Shown: piece after piece, positions 1 to 10,456 of the stretch
Layout of the letters: every line of letters begins with the position of its first letter
Numbering within the stretch: position 1 is the first letter of the stretch
Source: Alkalilimnicola ehrlichii MLHE-1
GTDB taxonomy: Bacteria > Pseudomonadota > Gammaproteobacteria > Nitrococcales > Halorhodospiraceae
Reading direction: 5' to 3'
NCBI RefSeq assembly: GCF_000014785.1
Contig: NC_008340.1
Location: 1,290,001-1,322,000, forward strand
DNA length: 32,000 nt
Notes under the pieces: model-generated
What the model saw: the letters and a program-made list of their open reading frames with translations, nothing else
Told to the model about the DNA's origin: nothing
The model's database searches: none
Translations under genes and position numbers: made by a program

Positions 1-15
1 CCAGGAGCAACCACC

Positions 16-1551
16 ATGGACCCGATTGCCCTCAGTGTCTTTTCCAGCCGCATGGCCGCCGTCTGCGAGGAGATGGGCGCCGTGCTGCGGCGCACCGCCT
101 TCTCGCCCAACATCCGCGACCGGCTGGATTTTTCCTGCGCGGTGTTCGATGCCGACGGCGGGCTGGCGGCGCAGGCCGCGCACATCCCGGTGCATCTGGG
201 CAGCATGGCCTACGCCATGGCGGGGGTGATCCGGCGCTTCGACTGGCAGCCGGGGGACATGGTGGTCTTTAACGACCCCTTCCTGGGCGGTACCCACCTG
301 CCCGATGTCACGCTCGTCTCGCCGCTGTTCGTGGATGGCGAACGGGTCGCCTTCCTGGCCAACCGCGCCCACCACGCGGATATCGGTGCGGTGACCCCGG
401 GCTCCATGCCCCTGTCCACCACCCTGGAGGAGGAGGGGGTGCTCATCAGTCCGGTGCGGCTCTACCGGGCAGGCCGGCGCGACGAGGCCGTGTTGCAGCG
501 CATCGTCTCGCGCACCCGCAACCCCCGGCAGGCGGGGGGCGACTTTGCCGCCCAGGCCAGTTCGGTCTCCAGCGGTGTGCACCGGCTGCAGGAACTGGTC
601 GGGCGCATGGGGATGTCTGAGTTCCGGGCCGCCCTTGCGGCGTTGAACGATTACGCCGAGCGGCTGGTGCGGGCCGCCTTGGTGGACCTGCCCGACGGCA
701 GGTGGACCTTTACCGACTACCTGGATGACGACGGCCAGGGGCAGCAGGACCTGCCCATCCAGGTGGCCCTGACCCTCGATCACCACGATGCCCACGTGGA
801 CTTCGCCGGCTCCGCCGACCAGGTGCGGGGCAACCTGAACTGCCCCTTATCGGTGGCGGCCGCCGCCGTGTTCTACGCCTTCCGCTGTCTGATGCCGGAG
901 CAGACCCCGGCCTGTGCCGGTGCCTTCCGGCCTATCACCCTGAGCGCCCCCGAGGGCAGCCTGCTCAACGCCCGCCACCCGGCCGCGGTGGCTGCCGGCA
1001 ATGTCGAGACCAGCCAGCGGGTGGTGGACGCGGTGCTGGGGGCGCTGGCGCCGGCGCTGCCGGACCGCATCCCCGCGGCCAGCCATGGCGGCATGAACAA
1101 CCTGGCCATGGGGGCGCTGGCGGAGGACTCGCCCTGGGACTACTACGAGACCCTGGGCGGCGGCATGGGCGGCGGTCCCCACCATCGCGGCCGGTCGGGC
1201 GTTCAGGTGCACATGACCAATACCCTCAACACCCCCCTGGAGGCGCTGGAGATGGCCTATCCGCTGCGTCTGCGCCGCTATGCCCTGCGCCGTGGCTCCG
1301 GCGGTGCCGGGCGCCATCCCGGAGGCGAGGGGGTGATCCGGGAGTACGAGTTTCTCACCCCCGCATCGGTCACGCTGATCACCGAACGGCGCCGCCATGC
1401 CCCCTGGGGGCTACAAGGTGGCGCGCCGGGCGCGGTGGGCGAGAACCGGCTCAACGGCGAGCTGCTGCCGGGCAAGGTGCGCCTGGAGGTGGCGGCCGGG
1501 GACCGGCTCACTGTCATGACCCCCGGGGGTGGCGGCTGGGGCGGTTCATAG
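16..1551 (+). CDS. hydantoinase B/oxoprolinase family protein
   Basis: 511-aa ORF. The N-terminus [41 protein letters not shown] and the later HMTNTLNTP region match my memory of the HyuB/oxoprolinase family. GC3-rich codon usage matches the neighbouring genes. Confidence 0.85.
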   Translation: MDPIALSVFSSRMAAVCEEMGAVLRRTAFSPNIRDRLDFSCAVFDADGGLAAQAAHIPVHLGSMAYAMAGVIRRFDWQPGDMVVFNDPFLGGTHLPDVTLVSPLFVDGERVAFLANRAHHADIGAVTPGSMPLSTTLEEEGVLISPVRLYRAGRRDEAVLQRIVSRTRNPRQAGGDFAAQASSVSSGVHRLQELVGRMGMSEFRAALAALNDYAERLVRAALVDLPDGRWTFTDYLDDDGQGQQDLPIQVALTLDHHDAHVDFAGSADQVRGNLNCPLSVAAAAVFYAFRCLMPEQTPACAGAFRPITLSAPEGSLLNARHPAAVAAGNVETSQRVVDAVLGALAPALPDRIPAASHGGMNNLAMGALAEDSPWDYYETLGGGMGGGPHHRGRSGVQVHMTNTLNTPLEALEMAYPLRLRRYALRRGSGGAGRHPGGEGVIREYEFLTPASVTLITERRRHAPWGLQGGAPGAVGENRLNGELLPGKVRLEVAAGDRLTVMTPGGGGWGGS

Positions 1552-1553
1552 TG

Positions 1554-1575
1554 CTGTAACATTACTGCCTTTAAA
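1554..1575 (+). promoter_or_regulatory. putative Pho box upstream of phoB
   Basis: CTGTAAC-atta-CTGCCTT-taaa: two 7-mers resembling CTGTCAT with A/T-rich 4-nt spacers at 11-bp periodicity. It lies about 35 nt upstream of the phoB ATG, in the 58-nt gap after the upstream stop. Confidence 0.45.
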
Positions 1576-1609
1576 TAGCGGCCGTCGTTACCTGACGGGG
1601 ATTGGATGC

Positions 1610-2299
1610 ATGGCTGTCAATATACTGCTCGTGGAAGACGATGCGGCCGTTCGAGAGATGCTGCTGCTGCCGCTGCGGCGCGCGGGGTTCGAGATCACCG
1701 GCGTCGCTGATGTCGCCCAGGGCAAGGCGGCGCTTTTGGAGCGCGTGCCGGACCTGATCCTGCTGGACTGGATGCTGCCCGACGTCAGCGGCATCGATTG
1801 GGCGCGGGAGCTCAAGCGCGACCCCTTCACCCGCGATGTGCCGCTGATCATGCTCACCGCCCGTGGCGAGGAGGAGGACAAGGTGCGCGGTCTGGAGGTC
1901 GGCGCCGATGACTACGTCACCAAGCCGTTCTCGCCTCGGGAACTGATCGCCCGTATCCGGGCGGTGCTGAGACGGACGACGCCGGATGCCGGCGACCAAC
2001 CCGTGGAGGTGGAGGGGCTGACCCTGGACCCGGTCAGCCACCGGGTGTCCGGCAACGGGCGGACCCTGGACATGGGCCCCACGGAGTTCCGCCTGCTGCA
2101 CTTCTTCATGACCCACCAGGAGCGGGTCTATACCCGCGGTCAGTTGTTGGATAACGTTTGGGGTACCAATGTTTATGTGGAGGAGCGCACCGTTGATGTC
2201 CACATCCGGCGGCTGCGCAAGGTACTGGCGGAGTCCGGACACGACCATCTGGTGCAGACCGTGCGCGGTACCGGCTACCGGTTCTCGGCCCAGGTCTGA
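1610..2299 (+). CDS. phoB: phosphate regulon response regulator PhoB (OmpR family)
   Basis: The internal ATG at 1610 gives [11 protein letters not shown].., a receiver domain ([11 protein letters not shown]) plus a winged-helix output domain ([18 protein letters not shown]). The stop abuts the phoR start (TGAATG). Confidence 0.9.
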   Translation: MAVNILLVEDDAAVREMLLLPLRRAGFEITGVADVAQGKAALLERVPDLILLDWMLPDVSGIDWARELKRDPFTRDVPLIMLTARGEEEDKVRGLEVGADDYVTKPFSPRELIARIRAVLRRTTPDAGDQPVEVEGLTLDPVSHRVSGNGRTLDMGPTEFRLLHFFMTHQERVYTRGQLLDNVWGTNVYVEERTVDVHIRRLRKVLAESGHDHLVQTVRGTGYRFSAQV

Positions 2300-3631
2300 A
2301 TGATGCAGGGAAACCCCTGGCCCCGGGTGCTGTCCCGCCTGTCCGCATTGTTCCTGCTGGCGGCCCTGGTCGGTTGGTGGGCGGAGGCGCTGAGCGAGGC
2401 GCTGTTGCTGGCGGCCCTGACGATGCTCGCCTGGGAAGGGTATAACCTCTACCGTTTTGAGGCCTGGCTGCGTAAGGGGCGGCAATTGGCACCCCCCGCC
2501 GCCCATGGGCTCTGGCGGCACCTCTTCGACGCCCTGTACCAGCGCCAGCAGCGCCAGCGCCAACGTCGGCGTAATCTGCAGCGCCTGATGGCCCGCTACC
2601 GGGACTCGGCCCGCGCCATGCCCGACGCCCTGGTGGTGCTTAGCGGCGACTACCGCATCGATTGGTGGAACCCGGCCGCCGCACGTTTGCTGGGGCTGCG
2701 CTGGCCCGGCGACAGCCACCAGCGGATCGCCAACATCTACCGCCATCCCGATTTCGTGGCGTTCCTCTCCTCCCGCAGTCCGGTGACCCGCGAGGTCAGC
2801 CTCCCGTCACCGTTGGACAGCCAGGTCTGGCTGGAAATCCGGCTGGTGCCCTATGGCACCGACCGCTACCTGCTGCTGGCGCGTGATGTCACCCACCTGC
2901 ACCGGCTGGAGACCATGCGTCGGGACTTTGTGGGCAATGTCTCCCACGAGTTGCGGACGCCGTTGACGGTCATCTACGGCGTGGCGGAAACCTTGAACGA
3001 GGAGATGGCGGACGACCCCGAAGTTGGCGACATGCTGCGTTTGTTGCAGGAGCAGTCCGAGCGCATGCGCCGGCTGGTGGATGACCTGCTGCTGCTCTCC
3101 CGCCTGGAGACCGGTGCCACGCCCAGCCACCCGGAGTGGGTGGACATGCCGCGGTTACTGGAGGAACTCGTCGAGGACGGCAAGGCACTTTCGGGCAGCC
3201 GCCATCACCGTTTTGAGTTGACGTGCGAGCCGGGGCTGTTGCTGGAGGGGTGTGAGAGCGAGCTGCGCAGCGCCTTCTCCAACCTTATTTTTAATGCCGT
3301 TAAATACACCCCGGGGGACGGCTATATCGGCGTTCGGTGGTATGCCGACAAGGCGGGTGCCCATTTATCTGTCACCGACAATGGCATTGGGATACCGGCA
3401 GCTCATATCCCAAGGCTCACCGAGCGTTTTTACCGGGTGGACAGCGCCCGTTCCAAGGCCAGTGGCGGTACCGGTCTGGGGCTCGCCATCGTCAAGCATG
3501 TGCTCAATCGCCACCGGGCGCAGCTTACCGTGCGCAGTCAGCCGGGGCAGGGCAGCACCTTCATTTGTACCTTTCCCACCGCATTGCTGCGCCGGGCCGG
3601 CACCCGGACGGCCCGGCCTCCCGCAAGCTAG
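2300..3631 (+). CDS. phoR: phosphate regulon sensor histidine kinase PhoR
   Basis: 443 aa: N-terminal transmembrane segments, a PAS-like region, the H-box VSHELRTPLT and HATPase motifs (NAVKYT, DNGIGI, GGTGLGLAIVK). It lies immediately after phoB. Confidence 0.9.
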   Translation: MMQGNPWPRVLSRLSALFLLAALVGWWAEALSEALLLAALTMLAWEGYNLYRFEAWLRKGRQLAPPAAHGLWRHLFDALYQRQQRQRQRRRNLQRLMARYRDSARAMPDALVVLSGDYRIDWWNPAAARLLGLRWPGDSHQRIANIYRHPDFVAFLSSRSPVTREVSLPSPLDSQVWLEIRLVPYGTDRYLLLARDVTHLHRLETMRRDFVGNVSHELRTPLTVIYGVAETLNEEMADDPEVGDMLRLLQEQSERMRRLVDDLLLLSRLETGATPSHPEWVDMPRLLEELVEDGKALSGSRHHRFELTCEPGLLLEGCESELRSAFSNLIFNAVKYTPGDGYIGVRWYADKAGAHLSVTDNGIGIPAAHIPRLTERFYRVDSARSKASGGTGLGLAIVKHVLNRHRAQLTVRSQPGQGSTFICTFPTALLRRAGTRTARPPAS

Positions 3632-3896
3632 GGAACCGGACGAAGTTCATGGATTAAACCCTGAGCGCGTCGGCGTTTCTATAGCCGACCGGTTTCGATA
3701 TAGTAACTTCCTACGGAGCACCTAAGCCTATAAGAAACTGCGTAACGGTCACCACGGCGCAAGGACGAATAAGCTGCTGCGACTCAGGACATTAGGGGCT
3801 ATTATCCGATCCCTCTCCGGTATCACCACAGACCGGGGCCCATGCCTTTGGCGGTCAGCCGGGGCGCGCCGCTCCGGTTCGGCACTGGCTGGGCTA

Positions 3897-4304
3897 ATGC
3901 TTGCCTGGGCACTGTTCAGCAGCGCCCAGGCGCTGGCCGAGCAGGAGCCGGTCTATTTGGTTGCCCACCCCGGGGTCGGCACCGAAGCGATCAGCCGGGA
4001 TGCCGTTCGTGCCATGTTCGCGATGCGACAGCGCCATTGGCCGGACGGCACCAGCGCCCGGGTCTTCGTGCTCACCGAGGGTCACCCGGTCCACGAGCGT
4101 TTCGTGAAGGGCCGTCTTGATGCCTTCCCCCACCAGTTGCAATTGGCTTGGGACCGGGCCGTTTTCTCGGGCACCGGTCAGTCACCCCATCGGGTGGGTT
4201 CCCAGGCGGAGATGCATGAGCGCGTGGCCACCACCCCTGGCGCGCTGGGCTATCTGACAAGGGAGTACCTGGATGAGCGCGTCCAGATCATTGCGATTGA
4301 ATAG
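3897..4304 (+). CDS. small secreted PstS-like (phosphate-binding-protein-like) domain protein
   Basis: 135 aa with a short signal peptide, MLAWALFSSAQALA|EQ. The C-terminal TPGALGYLTREYL..VQIIAI resembles the conserved tail of PstS-family binding proteins. At about 135 aa it is only roughly half the length of a full binding protein. Confidence 0.5.
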   Translation: MLAWALFSSAQALAEQEPVYLVAHPGVGTEAISRDAVRAMFAMRQRHWPDGTSARVFVLTEGHPVHERFVKGRLDAFPHQLQLAWDRAVFSGTGQSPHRVGSQAEMHERVATTPGALGYLTREYLDERVQIIAIE

Positions 4305-5484
4305 GCGGGCTGCCGGTGGTCTGGCGGGCGTGTTGGCACTGGGGCTGAGCACCGCCGCCGCGGGGCAGGACATGCTGGACACCCTGCAACTGCACGGTTT
4401 TTTGAGCCAGGGCTGGGTCACTACGGACCACAACAACTTCTTCGGCCCCAGCCGCGACGGCGGCGGCAGCTTCAAGTTCACGGAGATCGCCGCCAACGCC
4501 TCGCTGCGGCCCCACCACGATCTGCTGCTTTCGGCCCAGGTGCTGAGCCGTCGGGCCGGTGGGGATGGTCGTGACGCCCGGCCCAAACTCGACCATGGGG
4601 TGGTGGACTACCAGTTCGTATCGTCGGCCAGCCGCACCCTGGGCCTGCAGGCGGGCCGCTTCAAGAACCCCTTCGGCCTGCACAACCAGACCCGGGATGT
4701 GCCGTTCGCGAGGCCGGGTATCCTGCTGCCGCAGTCCATCTACTTCGATCGTGCCCGCTCACTGGCCCTGGCGGCGGACGGCGGCACCGTCTACCTGGAG
4801 GAGCGCATCCCCGACGGTGGCGCGCTCCGGGCCCAGGTGGGTTTTGGCCGGGTCCAGGCGGACGACGACCTGGAGCGCACGCTGCGGCTGGACCCGGTGC
4901 CGGGCGGTATAGAGCCCCGGGACTCGGTGATTGGCCAGTTGCTCTATGAGCACGACGGCGGACGCATCATCGCTGCGCTCAGTGCGGCTCGCGTCAAGGC
5001 CCGCTTTGAGCGCGACGGTGCCCGTGATGGTCAGTTCGATTTCCAGCCCTGGATTGTCTCCTTCCAATACAACGAGGCCCTCTGGGACCTGACCGCGGAG
5101 TTTGCGGTGCGGGAGTCGAGCATGGAGGGATTGGCGGACATCGGCGCCGATTTCGACATCACCGGCGAGAGTTGGTATGTGCAATACACCCGTCGTTTTC
5201 ACCCGGACTGGCAGTGGCTGATCCGCTACGACAGCCTGGTCAGCGACCGCAGTGACCGCTCGGGCCGGGACTTCGCCGCCGCCACCGGCCTGCCCGCCCA
5301 TGCCCGCTTTGCCCACGACTGGACGCTGGGGCTGCGCTGGCAGCCCCATCCCAAGGTGCAGTTGGGCGCTGAGTACCACTATGTGGACGGTACCGGCTGG
5401 CTGCCCACTGAGGACAATCCCGATCCCTCCGACACCCGCCGGCGATGGAATATGCTGCTCATGCAGCTCTCGCTGCGTTATTGA
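4273..5484 (+). CDS. putative outer-membrane beta-barrel protein
   Basis: 403 aa with an Arg-rich signal peptide ending AAAGQD, alternating amphipathic segments, and a C-terminus ..LSLRY ending in an aromatic residue, as is typical of outer-membrane proteins. It overlaps the upstream gene by 32 nt. TTG starts at 4291 or 4297 are alternatives. Confidence 0.55.
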   Translation: MSASRSLRLNRRAAGGLAGVLALGLSTAAAGQDMLDTLQLHGFLSQGWVTTDHNNFFGPSRDGGGSFKFTEIAANASLRPHHDLLLSAQVLSRRAGGDGRDARPKLDHGVVDYQFVSSASRTLGLQAGRFKNPFGLHNQTRDVPFARPGILLPQSIYFDRARSLALAADGGTVYLEERIPDGGALRAQVGFGRVQADDDLERTLRLDPVPGGIEPRDSVIGQLLYEHDGGRIIAALSAARVKARFERDGARDGQFDFQPWIVSFQYNEALWDLTAEFAVRESSMEGLADIGADFDITGESWYVQYTRRFHPDWQWLIRYDSLVSDRSDRSGRDFAAATGLPAHARFAHDWTLGLRWQPHPKVQLGAEYHYVDGTGWLPTEDNPDPSDTRRRWNMLLMQLSLRY

Positions 5485-5514
5485 CGCCGTCGACCCGGTG
5501 ACTGAAGGATGCGC

Positions 5515-8337
5515 ATGAGCGAAACCGGAACCGCGCGACGCCGACTCCGCCTGGGCCTGACCTGGCGGGTCATCGCCCTGACCAGTCTGGTGCTGGTGGG
5601 GCTGGCAGCCCTGGTCACCGCGCATGGGCATGGCACCCTGGAGCGGCAGTTTCAGGAGGCCCGTGAGGCGCACCAGGCGCGCCAGCATCGCGAGATCCGC
5701 CTGGCGCTGGAGCGATCGGCGGAGGGACTGCGCGAGCTGGCGGCACTGGTGGCGTCGGCACCGGAGCTGGCCCGGGCCGTGCAGGCCGGTGATTCGGAGG
5801 GTGCGCACCGCGCTCTCGACGGGCAGTGGCCCACTCTGCAGTTGGAGGCCGGGGTGGAGCGTATCGGCGTCTACGCGCCAGACGGCACGCAGGTGGCCGC
5901 CCGCGGCGGGAGGCCCGCGGTCGCGCCGGAGGGGATCGAGCGCTGGCTGCATCAGGTCCGTCTGGACGACAGGCCACTGACCGCATTGATCTGCCAGGCG
6001 GGCTGTCGTCAGTTCAGCGTGGTGCCCATGCTGGTGGCGGGTGAGACCGCCGGTATGGTGATGCTGTCGCGCTCCCTGGTGGACCTCACCCGCCAGCTGC
6101 ACGATGTCTCCGGCAGTGATGTGGCGCTGCTGCTACGCGGCGACACCATGGTGGATCAGGCAGGGGACATCCCCCGGTTGCCGGAGTGGGACGCTCATCT
6201 GCTCGCCCTCACCCGCAGTGAGGTGACCCTGCCCTGGCTGCAGGCCCTGGCCAGCGAGGTTAGCATGGAGGCCCTGGTAAGCGCCCCGCGGCAGATCGCG
6301 ATCGACGGACGGGAGTTGGAGATCAACGCGGTGACGCTGGCCGAGCATGAGGCGCCCGGTGGCAGCGGCTACCTGCTGCTGATTACCGATATCACCCGCC
6401 AGCTGGATGTCATCCAGTGGCACACCCGCAACCTCTTCTTTATGGGGCTGGCCGGATGGCTCGTGGCGGAGGCGATCCTGCTGCTCATCCTGTGGCGTCC
6501 GATGCTGCGTCTGCGCCGCCTGGCGCAGGTCCTGCCGGGGCTGGCCGAGGGCGGCTTTCAGCGGGCGCGTACCGCCATTCCGGTCGGGCGCCCCCGGCTG
6601 GCCGATGAAATCGATCTGCTGGAGACCACCACGCTCGGTCTGGCCGATCAGCTGGAGGCCCTCGAGCGCGAGGTGCGGCGCCGGCGTGAGCAGGTGGTCT
6701 CCCAGCTGCGCGCCCTGGGGCGTGAGCGGGATTTCGTCAGCAGTCTGCTGGACACCGCCCGGGTCCTTATCGTGAGTCAGGACGCCGAGGGGCGGATCAC
6801 GCTAATCAACGACTACGCCCAGGCGGCGTTGGGCCGTCGCGAGGATGAGTTGGTGGGCGCGCACTTTGACGCGGTCTTTCCGGGCCTGGTCCCCATCGGT
6901 CGTAACAGCGGCCTGCCTCGGGAGGAGGAGCGCCCGCTGCACAGCCCCGGCCGGGGGGAGCGGATCGTGGCCTGGTACCACGCCCCGCTGGCGGCGGAGG
7001 AGGGGCGGCCGGCGGGCCGCATCTCGGTGGGGCTGGATATCACCGAGCGCAAGGCCGCGGAGGCGCGGCTGATCTGGCTGGCCCAGCGTGATCCGCTGAC
7101 CGAGCTCTACAACCGCCGTTACTTTCAGGAGGCCCTCGACAGGGCGTTGGCCAAGGGGGTGCACGGGGCGGTGCTGCTGATGGACCTGGACCAGTTCCGG
7201 GATGTCAACGAGCTGAGTGGCCACCACGCGGGTGATGAGCTGTTGCGGTTGGTGGCCGGGACGTTGCTGGATCATCTGGAGCACCGGGGCGTGATCGCCC
7301 GCCTGGGCGGCGACGAGTTTGCACTGCTGCTGGAGGAGACGGATGCCGACGCGGCGGTCTCCGTGGCCCAGTACATGGTCAAGCTCCTGGAAGACCTGGG
7401 CCTGAGTATCGGCGAGCGCCGCCACCGGGTCAGCGCCAGCATTGGCATTGTGCTGTTCCCCGAACATGGCGAAACCCCGACCGATCTGATGGCCAGTGCC
7501 GATGTGGCCATGTACAAGGCGAAAGAGACAGGGGTCCAGCGCTGGCACCTGCTCCACGCCCTGGACCACGCCAAGGGCGAGCTGCAGGAGCGGGTCTATT
7601 GGGTGGAGCAGTTACACCAGGCGCTCCAGGGTGATGCCTTCGAGCTCATGGTGCAGCCCATCGTGCGGCTGCGGGACCGCAGTGTGCGCCACTACGAGGT
7701 GCTTGTGCGTATGCGCGATCCGTCCGGTGAACTGCTGCTGCCCGGCCGGTTCATCCCCTTCGCCGAGCACAGTGGCCAGATCGTTCAGCTGGACCGCTGG
7801 GTGCTGCGCGCGGCCCTGAAGGTGCTCCGCCGGGTGCAGTCACAGGGTATTGGCCTGGCAGTGAACCTGTCGGGGCAGTCGCTCCACGACGATGGACTGA
7901 CGACCTTCCTGGCGGACGAGCTCCGCGCCAGTGGTGCGGACCCGGAGCACCTGATACTGGAGATCACCGAGACCGCGGCGGTTACCGATTTTTCCACCGC
8001 CCGAGGGGTGTTGGAGGGCATCCGCGCCTTGGGTTGTCAGACGGCATTGGACGATTTCGGGGTCGGGTTCAGCAGCTTCCATTACCTGGGCCAGTTGCCG
8101 GTGGACTATATCAAGATCGACGGTAGCTTTATCCGCAGCCTGCCCCACAACGAGGACAGCCGGATTATCGTCAGGGCCATCGCCGACATTGCGGCCGGTT
8201 TCGGCAAGGCGGCCATTGCCGAGTTCGTTGACCAGGAGGTCCTGGTGCCGATGCTGCGTGACTACGGCATCGCTTACGGCCAGGGCTATCACCTGGGCCG
8301 GCCGGTGCCAGTGGAGGAGGCCTTCGGGCCAGCCTGA
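5515..8337 (+). CDS. membrane sensor with HAMP-PAS-GGDEF-EAL domains (c-di-GMP cyclase/phosphodiesterase)
   Basis: Two transmembrane segments flank a periplasmic region of about 270 aa. Then come a HAMP-like linker, PAS, GGDEF (RLGGDEFALLL) and EAL (ELMVQPIV.., EITETAAV, DDFG). The ATG at 5515 has better spacing from GAAGG than the ATG at 5509. Confidence 0.9.
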   Translation: MSETGTARRRLRLGLTWRVIALTSLVLVGLAALVTAHGHGTLERQFQEAREAHQARQHREIRLALERSAEGLRELAALVASAPELARAVQAGDSEGAHRALDGQWPTLQLEAGVERIGVYAPDGTQVAARGGRPAVAPEGIERWLHQVRLDDRPLTALICQAGCRQFSVVPMLVAGETAGMVMLSRSLVDLTRQLHDVSGSDVALLLRGDTMVDQAGDIPRLPEWDAHLLALTRSEVTLPWLQALASEVSMEALVSAPRQIAIDGRELEINAVTLAEHEAPGGSGYLLLITDITRQLDVIQWHTRNLFFMGLAGWLVAEAILLLILWRPMLRLRRLAQVLPGLAEGGFQRARTAIPVGRPRLADEIDLLETTTLGLADQLEALEREVRRRREQVVSQLRALGRERDFVSSLLDTARVLIVSQDAEGRITLINDYAQAALGRREDELVGAHFDAVFPGLVPIGRNSGLPREEERPLHSPGRGERIVAWYHAPLAAEEGRPAGRISVGLDITERKAAEARLIWLAQRDPLTELYNRRYFQEALDRALAKGVHGAVLLMDLDQFRDVNELSGHHAGDELLRLVAGTLLDHLEHRGVIARLGGDEFALLLEETDADAAVSVAQYMVKLLEDLGLSIGERRHRVSASIGIVLFPEHGETPTDLMASADVAMYKAKETGVQRWHLLHALDHAKGELQERVYWVEQLHQALQGDAFELMVQPIVRLRDRSVRHYEVLVRMRDPSGELLLPGRFIPFAEHSGQIVQLDRWVLRAALKVLRRVQSQGIGLAVNLSGQSLHDDGLTTFLADELRASGADPEHLILEITETAAVTDFSTARGVLEGIRALGCQTALDDFGVGFSSFHYLGQLPVDYIKIDGSFIRSLPHNEDSRIIVRAIADIAAGFGKAAIAEFVDQEVLVPMLRDYGIAYGQGYHLGRPVPVEEAFGPA

Positions 8338-8347
8338 GCGGGCGGCG

Positions 8348-10456
8348 TCAGAGTGAAACGGTGACGGCGACCTCGTCCGCGGCCGGCAGGAAGGCGGCCG
8401 GTGCCCCGGTATGGGTTACGGTCAACCGGTGCATGGCGCGGGTGCAGGCCACGTAGAGCAGGTTGCGTTCCATGTCGGTGCGGTAGTTCTTCTCGCTGAC
8501 CTCGGGGATGATCACCCGGTCGAACTCCAGCCCCTTGGCCATGTGTGCGGTGCAGACGATGATGCCCGGGGCGAATCCGCTGCTTTGTTCGGTGAGCAGT
8601 CGGATGCCTTCCAGCGTCTCGCTCAGCCGGTCGTGGGTCCGTTTGGCCTGCCTCTGGGTCTTGCAGATGATGCCCAGGGTGTTGTGGCCCGAGGCCTGGA
8701 AGTCCATTGCCTGTTCCTCGATGTGGGCCAGCTCCGCTTTGCGGGTCCGGCAGCGGACGACCCGCGGCGGCTCGCCGTGGCGCTCTATGGCCTCCAGCTC
8801 CGGGTTGGGGGCGATTTGCTGGGCGAATTGGGTGATCTCGTAACTGGAGCGGTAGCTCTTGGTCAGGCTGACCCGTGAGGCCTGCATGAAGGCCTGCTGA
8901 ATCTGCTCGGCATCGGAGGCGCTGTAAGGGTTTACCGACTGATTGGCGTCGCCCAGGATGGTCTTGTTGCAGCGGAACAGCCGAGCGATCACCGCGTACT
9001 GTACCGGGGTATAGTCCTGCATCTCGTCAATCAGCAGGTGCTTGACGTACCGATAGGGCGAGCGGATGCCTTCCAGGCGCATCTTCAGGTAAATCAGCGG
9101 GAAGACGTCGGCGTACTCCAGCTTGCCCCTCTTTGCGGTTTTGAACAGCTCCGGCCGACCCAGCCAGGTGAAGAACTGTTTGTAGGTCTCGCGCAGGGTG
9201 GACTGGCGGATCATCCCCTTCACCGCCTCCCGCAGTGCCCGGCGGTCCTCCGGCATCAGGTCGTAGTTGTACTGGATGCCGAACTTCTGTTCGGTCTCCC
9301 GGACCACCTGGGCAATGCGCTCCGACATGCCCATATTGCGGTGCTTGCGGAAGATCTCCTCCAGCAACCAGCCGGGGATCAGCCGGCGGGCGATCCACAG
9401 GTCTTCGGCGACAAAGCGGTTTTCCTCCACGTGCGCCGCATACTCGCCGAGCTTTTTGAGGAACTCCGGGGAGGCCTTATAGCGCAGCCGCTCCTTCATT
9501 GCCTCGTCGTCGTTCTCCAGTAGCTCGGCGGTCTGCTCGAAGAAGGTCTGGAAGCGGTAGCGGCTTTCCAGCAGCTCGTCGGCCAGGGTCTCCATACCGA
9601 TCTCATTCACCTGCTCCTCGCCCAGCTCCGGGAGCACGTTGGCGATGTAGTCAGCAAAGACCCGGTTGGGCGAAATGATCAGGATGTCCGTCGAGCTGAG
9701 GGTTTCCTTGAAGCGGTAAAGCAGAAACGCGATGCGGTGCAGGGCGATGGACGTCTTGCCGGATCCGGCCACCCCCTGGATGATCAGTGCCGGCGCCGTC
9801 TCGTTGCGGATAATGGCGTTCTGGTCGCGCTGAATGGTCGCGACGATATTCCGCATGCTGTCGTCGGAGCTGCGGGCCAGTTCCTCCTGGAGCACCTCGT
9901 CCACCACATGCAGGTTGCTGTCGATCATCAGCTCCATCTTGCCGTGGCGGATCCGGAACTGGCGCTTGAGCTGGACCTCGCCGTCCACCACACCGTCGGG
10001 CGATTCATACCGGGCCGGGCCGGTTTCGTAGTCGTAGAACAGGCTGGCGATGGGCGCGCGCCAGTCGTAGACCACGTTCTCCCCGCTGTTGTCGTCGTAG
10101 AAGTGGTGAATGCCGATGTAGATGGGGTCGGTCCCGGTTGCGCCGTCGGCGGCGAAGTCGAGGCGGCCGAAATAGGGGGCACGCTGGAGCTTCTTCAGCC
10201 GTTTCTGGCGGTCGAGAATGGTCTCACCGGTCATCACCGACTGCTCGATGGACTGGCGCGTGGAGATCTTCTCCACATGGTCCATATCCGCCCGTGCCTC
10301 CCAGAGGTATTCCTTCTGTTCCCGGACCTCCTCGGCGTAGGCGCGCAGGCGCCGGTCAGTGGCCTCCAGGGCGCGCTGCAGGCGGGCCATCACTTCGGCG
10401 AGACGGGCATGCTCTTCCTGCTCGGCAGGGGTTTGTGGTGCGTTCTCAGTACTCAT
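8348..10456 (-). CDS. helD: UvrD-like SF1 helicase, HelD/helicase IV type
   Basis: 702 aa: an N-terminal coiled-coil region, then YFGRLDF..IYIGIHHF..VYDWRAP (HelD-type N-domain), Walker A GVAGSGKTS, and C-terminal UvrD-like motifs (LLIDEMQDYT, TAHMAKGLEFD, LLYVACTRA). Confidence 0.8.
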   Translation of the reverse strand: MSTENAPQTPAEQEEHARLAEVMARLQRALEATDRRLRAYAEEVREQKEYLWEARADMDHVEKISTRQSIEQSVMTGETILDRQKRLKKLQRAPYFGRLDFAADGATGTDPIYIGIHHFYDDNSGENVVYDWRAPIASLFYDYETGPARYESPDGVVDGEVQLKRQFRIRHGKMELMIDSNLHVVDEVLQEELARSSDDSMRNIVATIQRDQNAIIRNETAPALIIQGVAGSGKTSIALHRIAFLLYRFKETLSSTDILIISPNRVFADYIANVLPELGEEQVNEIGMETLADELLESRYRFQTFFEQTAELLENDDEAMKERLRYKASPEFLKKLGEYAAHVEENRFVAEDLWIARRLIPGWLLEEIFRKHRNMGMSERIAQVVRETEQKFGIQYNYDLMPEDRRALREAVKGMIRQSTLRETYKQFFTWLGRPELFKTAKRGKLEYADVFPLIYLKMRLEGIRSPYRYVKHLLIDEMQDYTPVQYAVIARLFRCNKTILGDANQSVNPYSASDAEQIQQAFMQASRVSLTKSYRSSYEITQFAQQIAPNPELEAIERHGEPPRVVRCRTRKAELAHIEEQAMDFQASGHNTLGIICKTQRQAKRTHDRLSETLEGIRLLTEQSSGFAPGIIVCTAHMAKGLEFDRVIIPEVSEKNYRTDMERNLLYVACTRAMHRLTVTHTGAPAAFLPAADEVAVTVSL

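Noticed and set aside
1571-2746. 391-aa ORF antisense to phoB/phoR
   Set aside because: It is a shadow ORF of the kind high-GC DNA produces. It is Arg/Gly/Pro/Gln-rich with no recognisable motifs, and the opposite strand carries unmistakable phoB/phoR.
3632-3896. I searched for a Pho box upstream of the PstS-like mini-protein gene (for example CTGCGTAACGGTCACC)
   Set aside because: The candidate 7-mers are not phased at 11 bp and match the consensus poorly. No regulatory site was called.
4759-6102. 447-aa minus-strand ORF spanning the outer-membrane-protein gene and the GGDEF-EAL gene
   Set aside because: It is antisense to two well-supported genes and has low-complexity composition. It is a GC-driven open frame.
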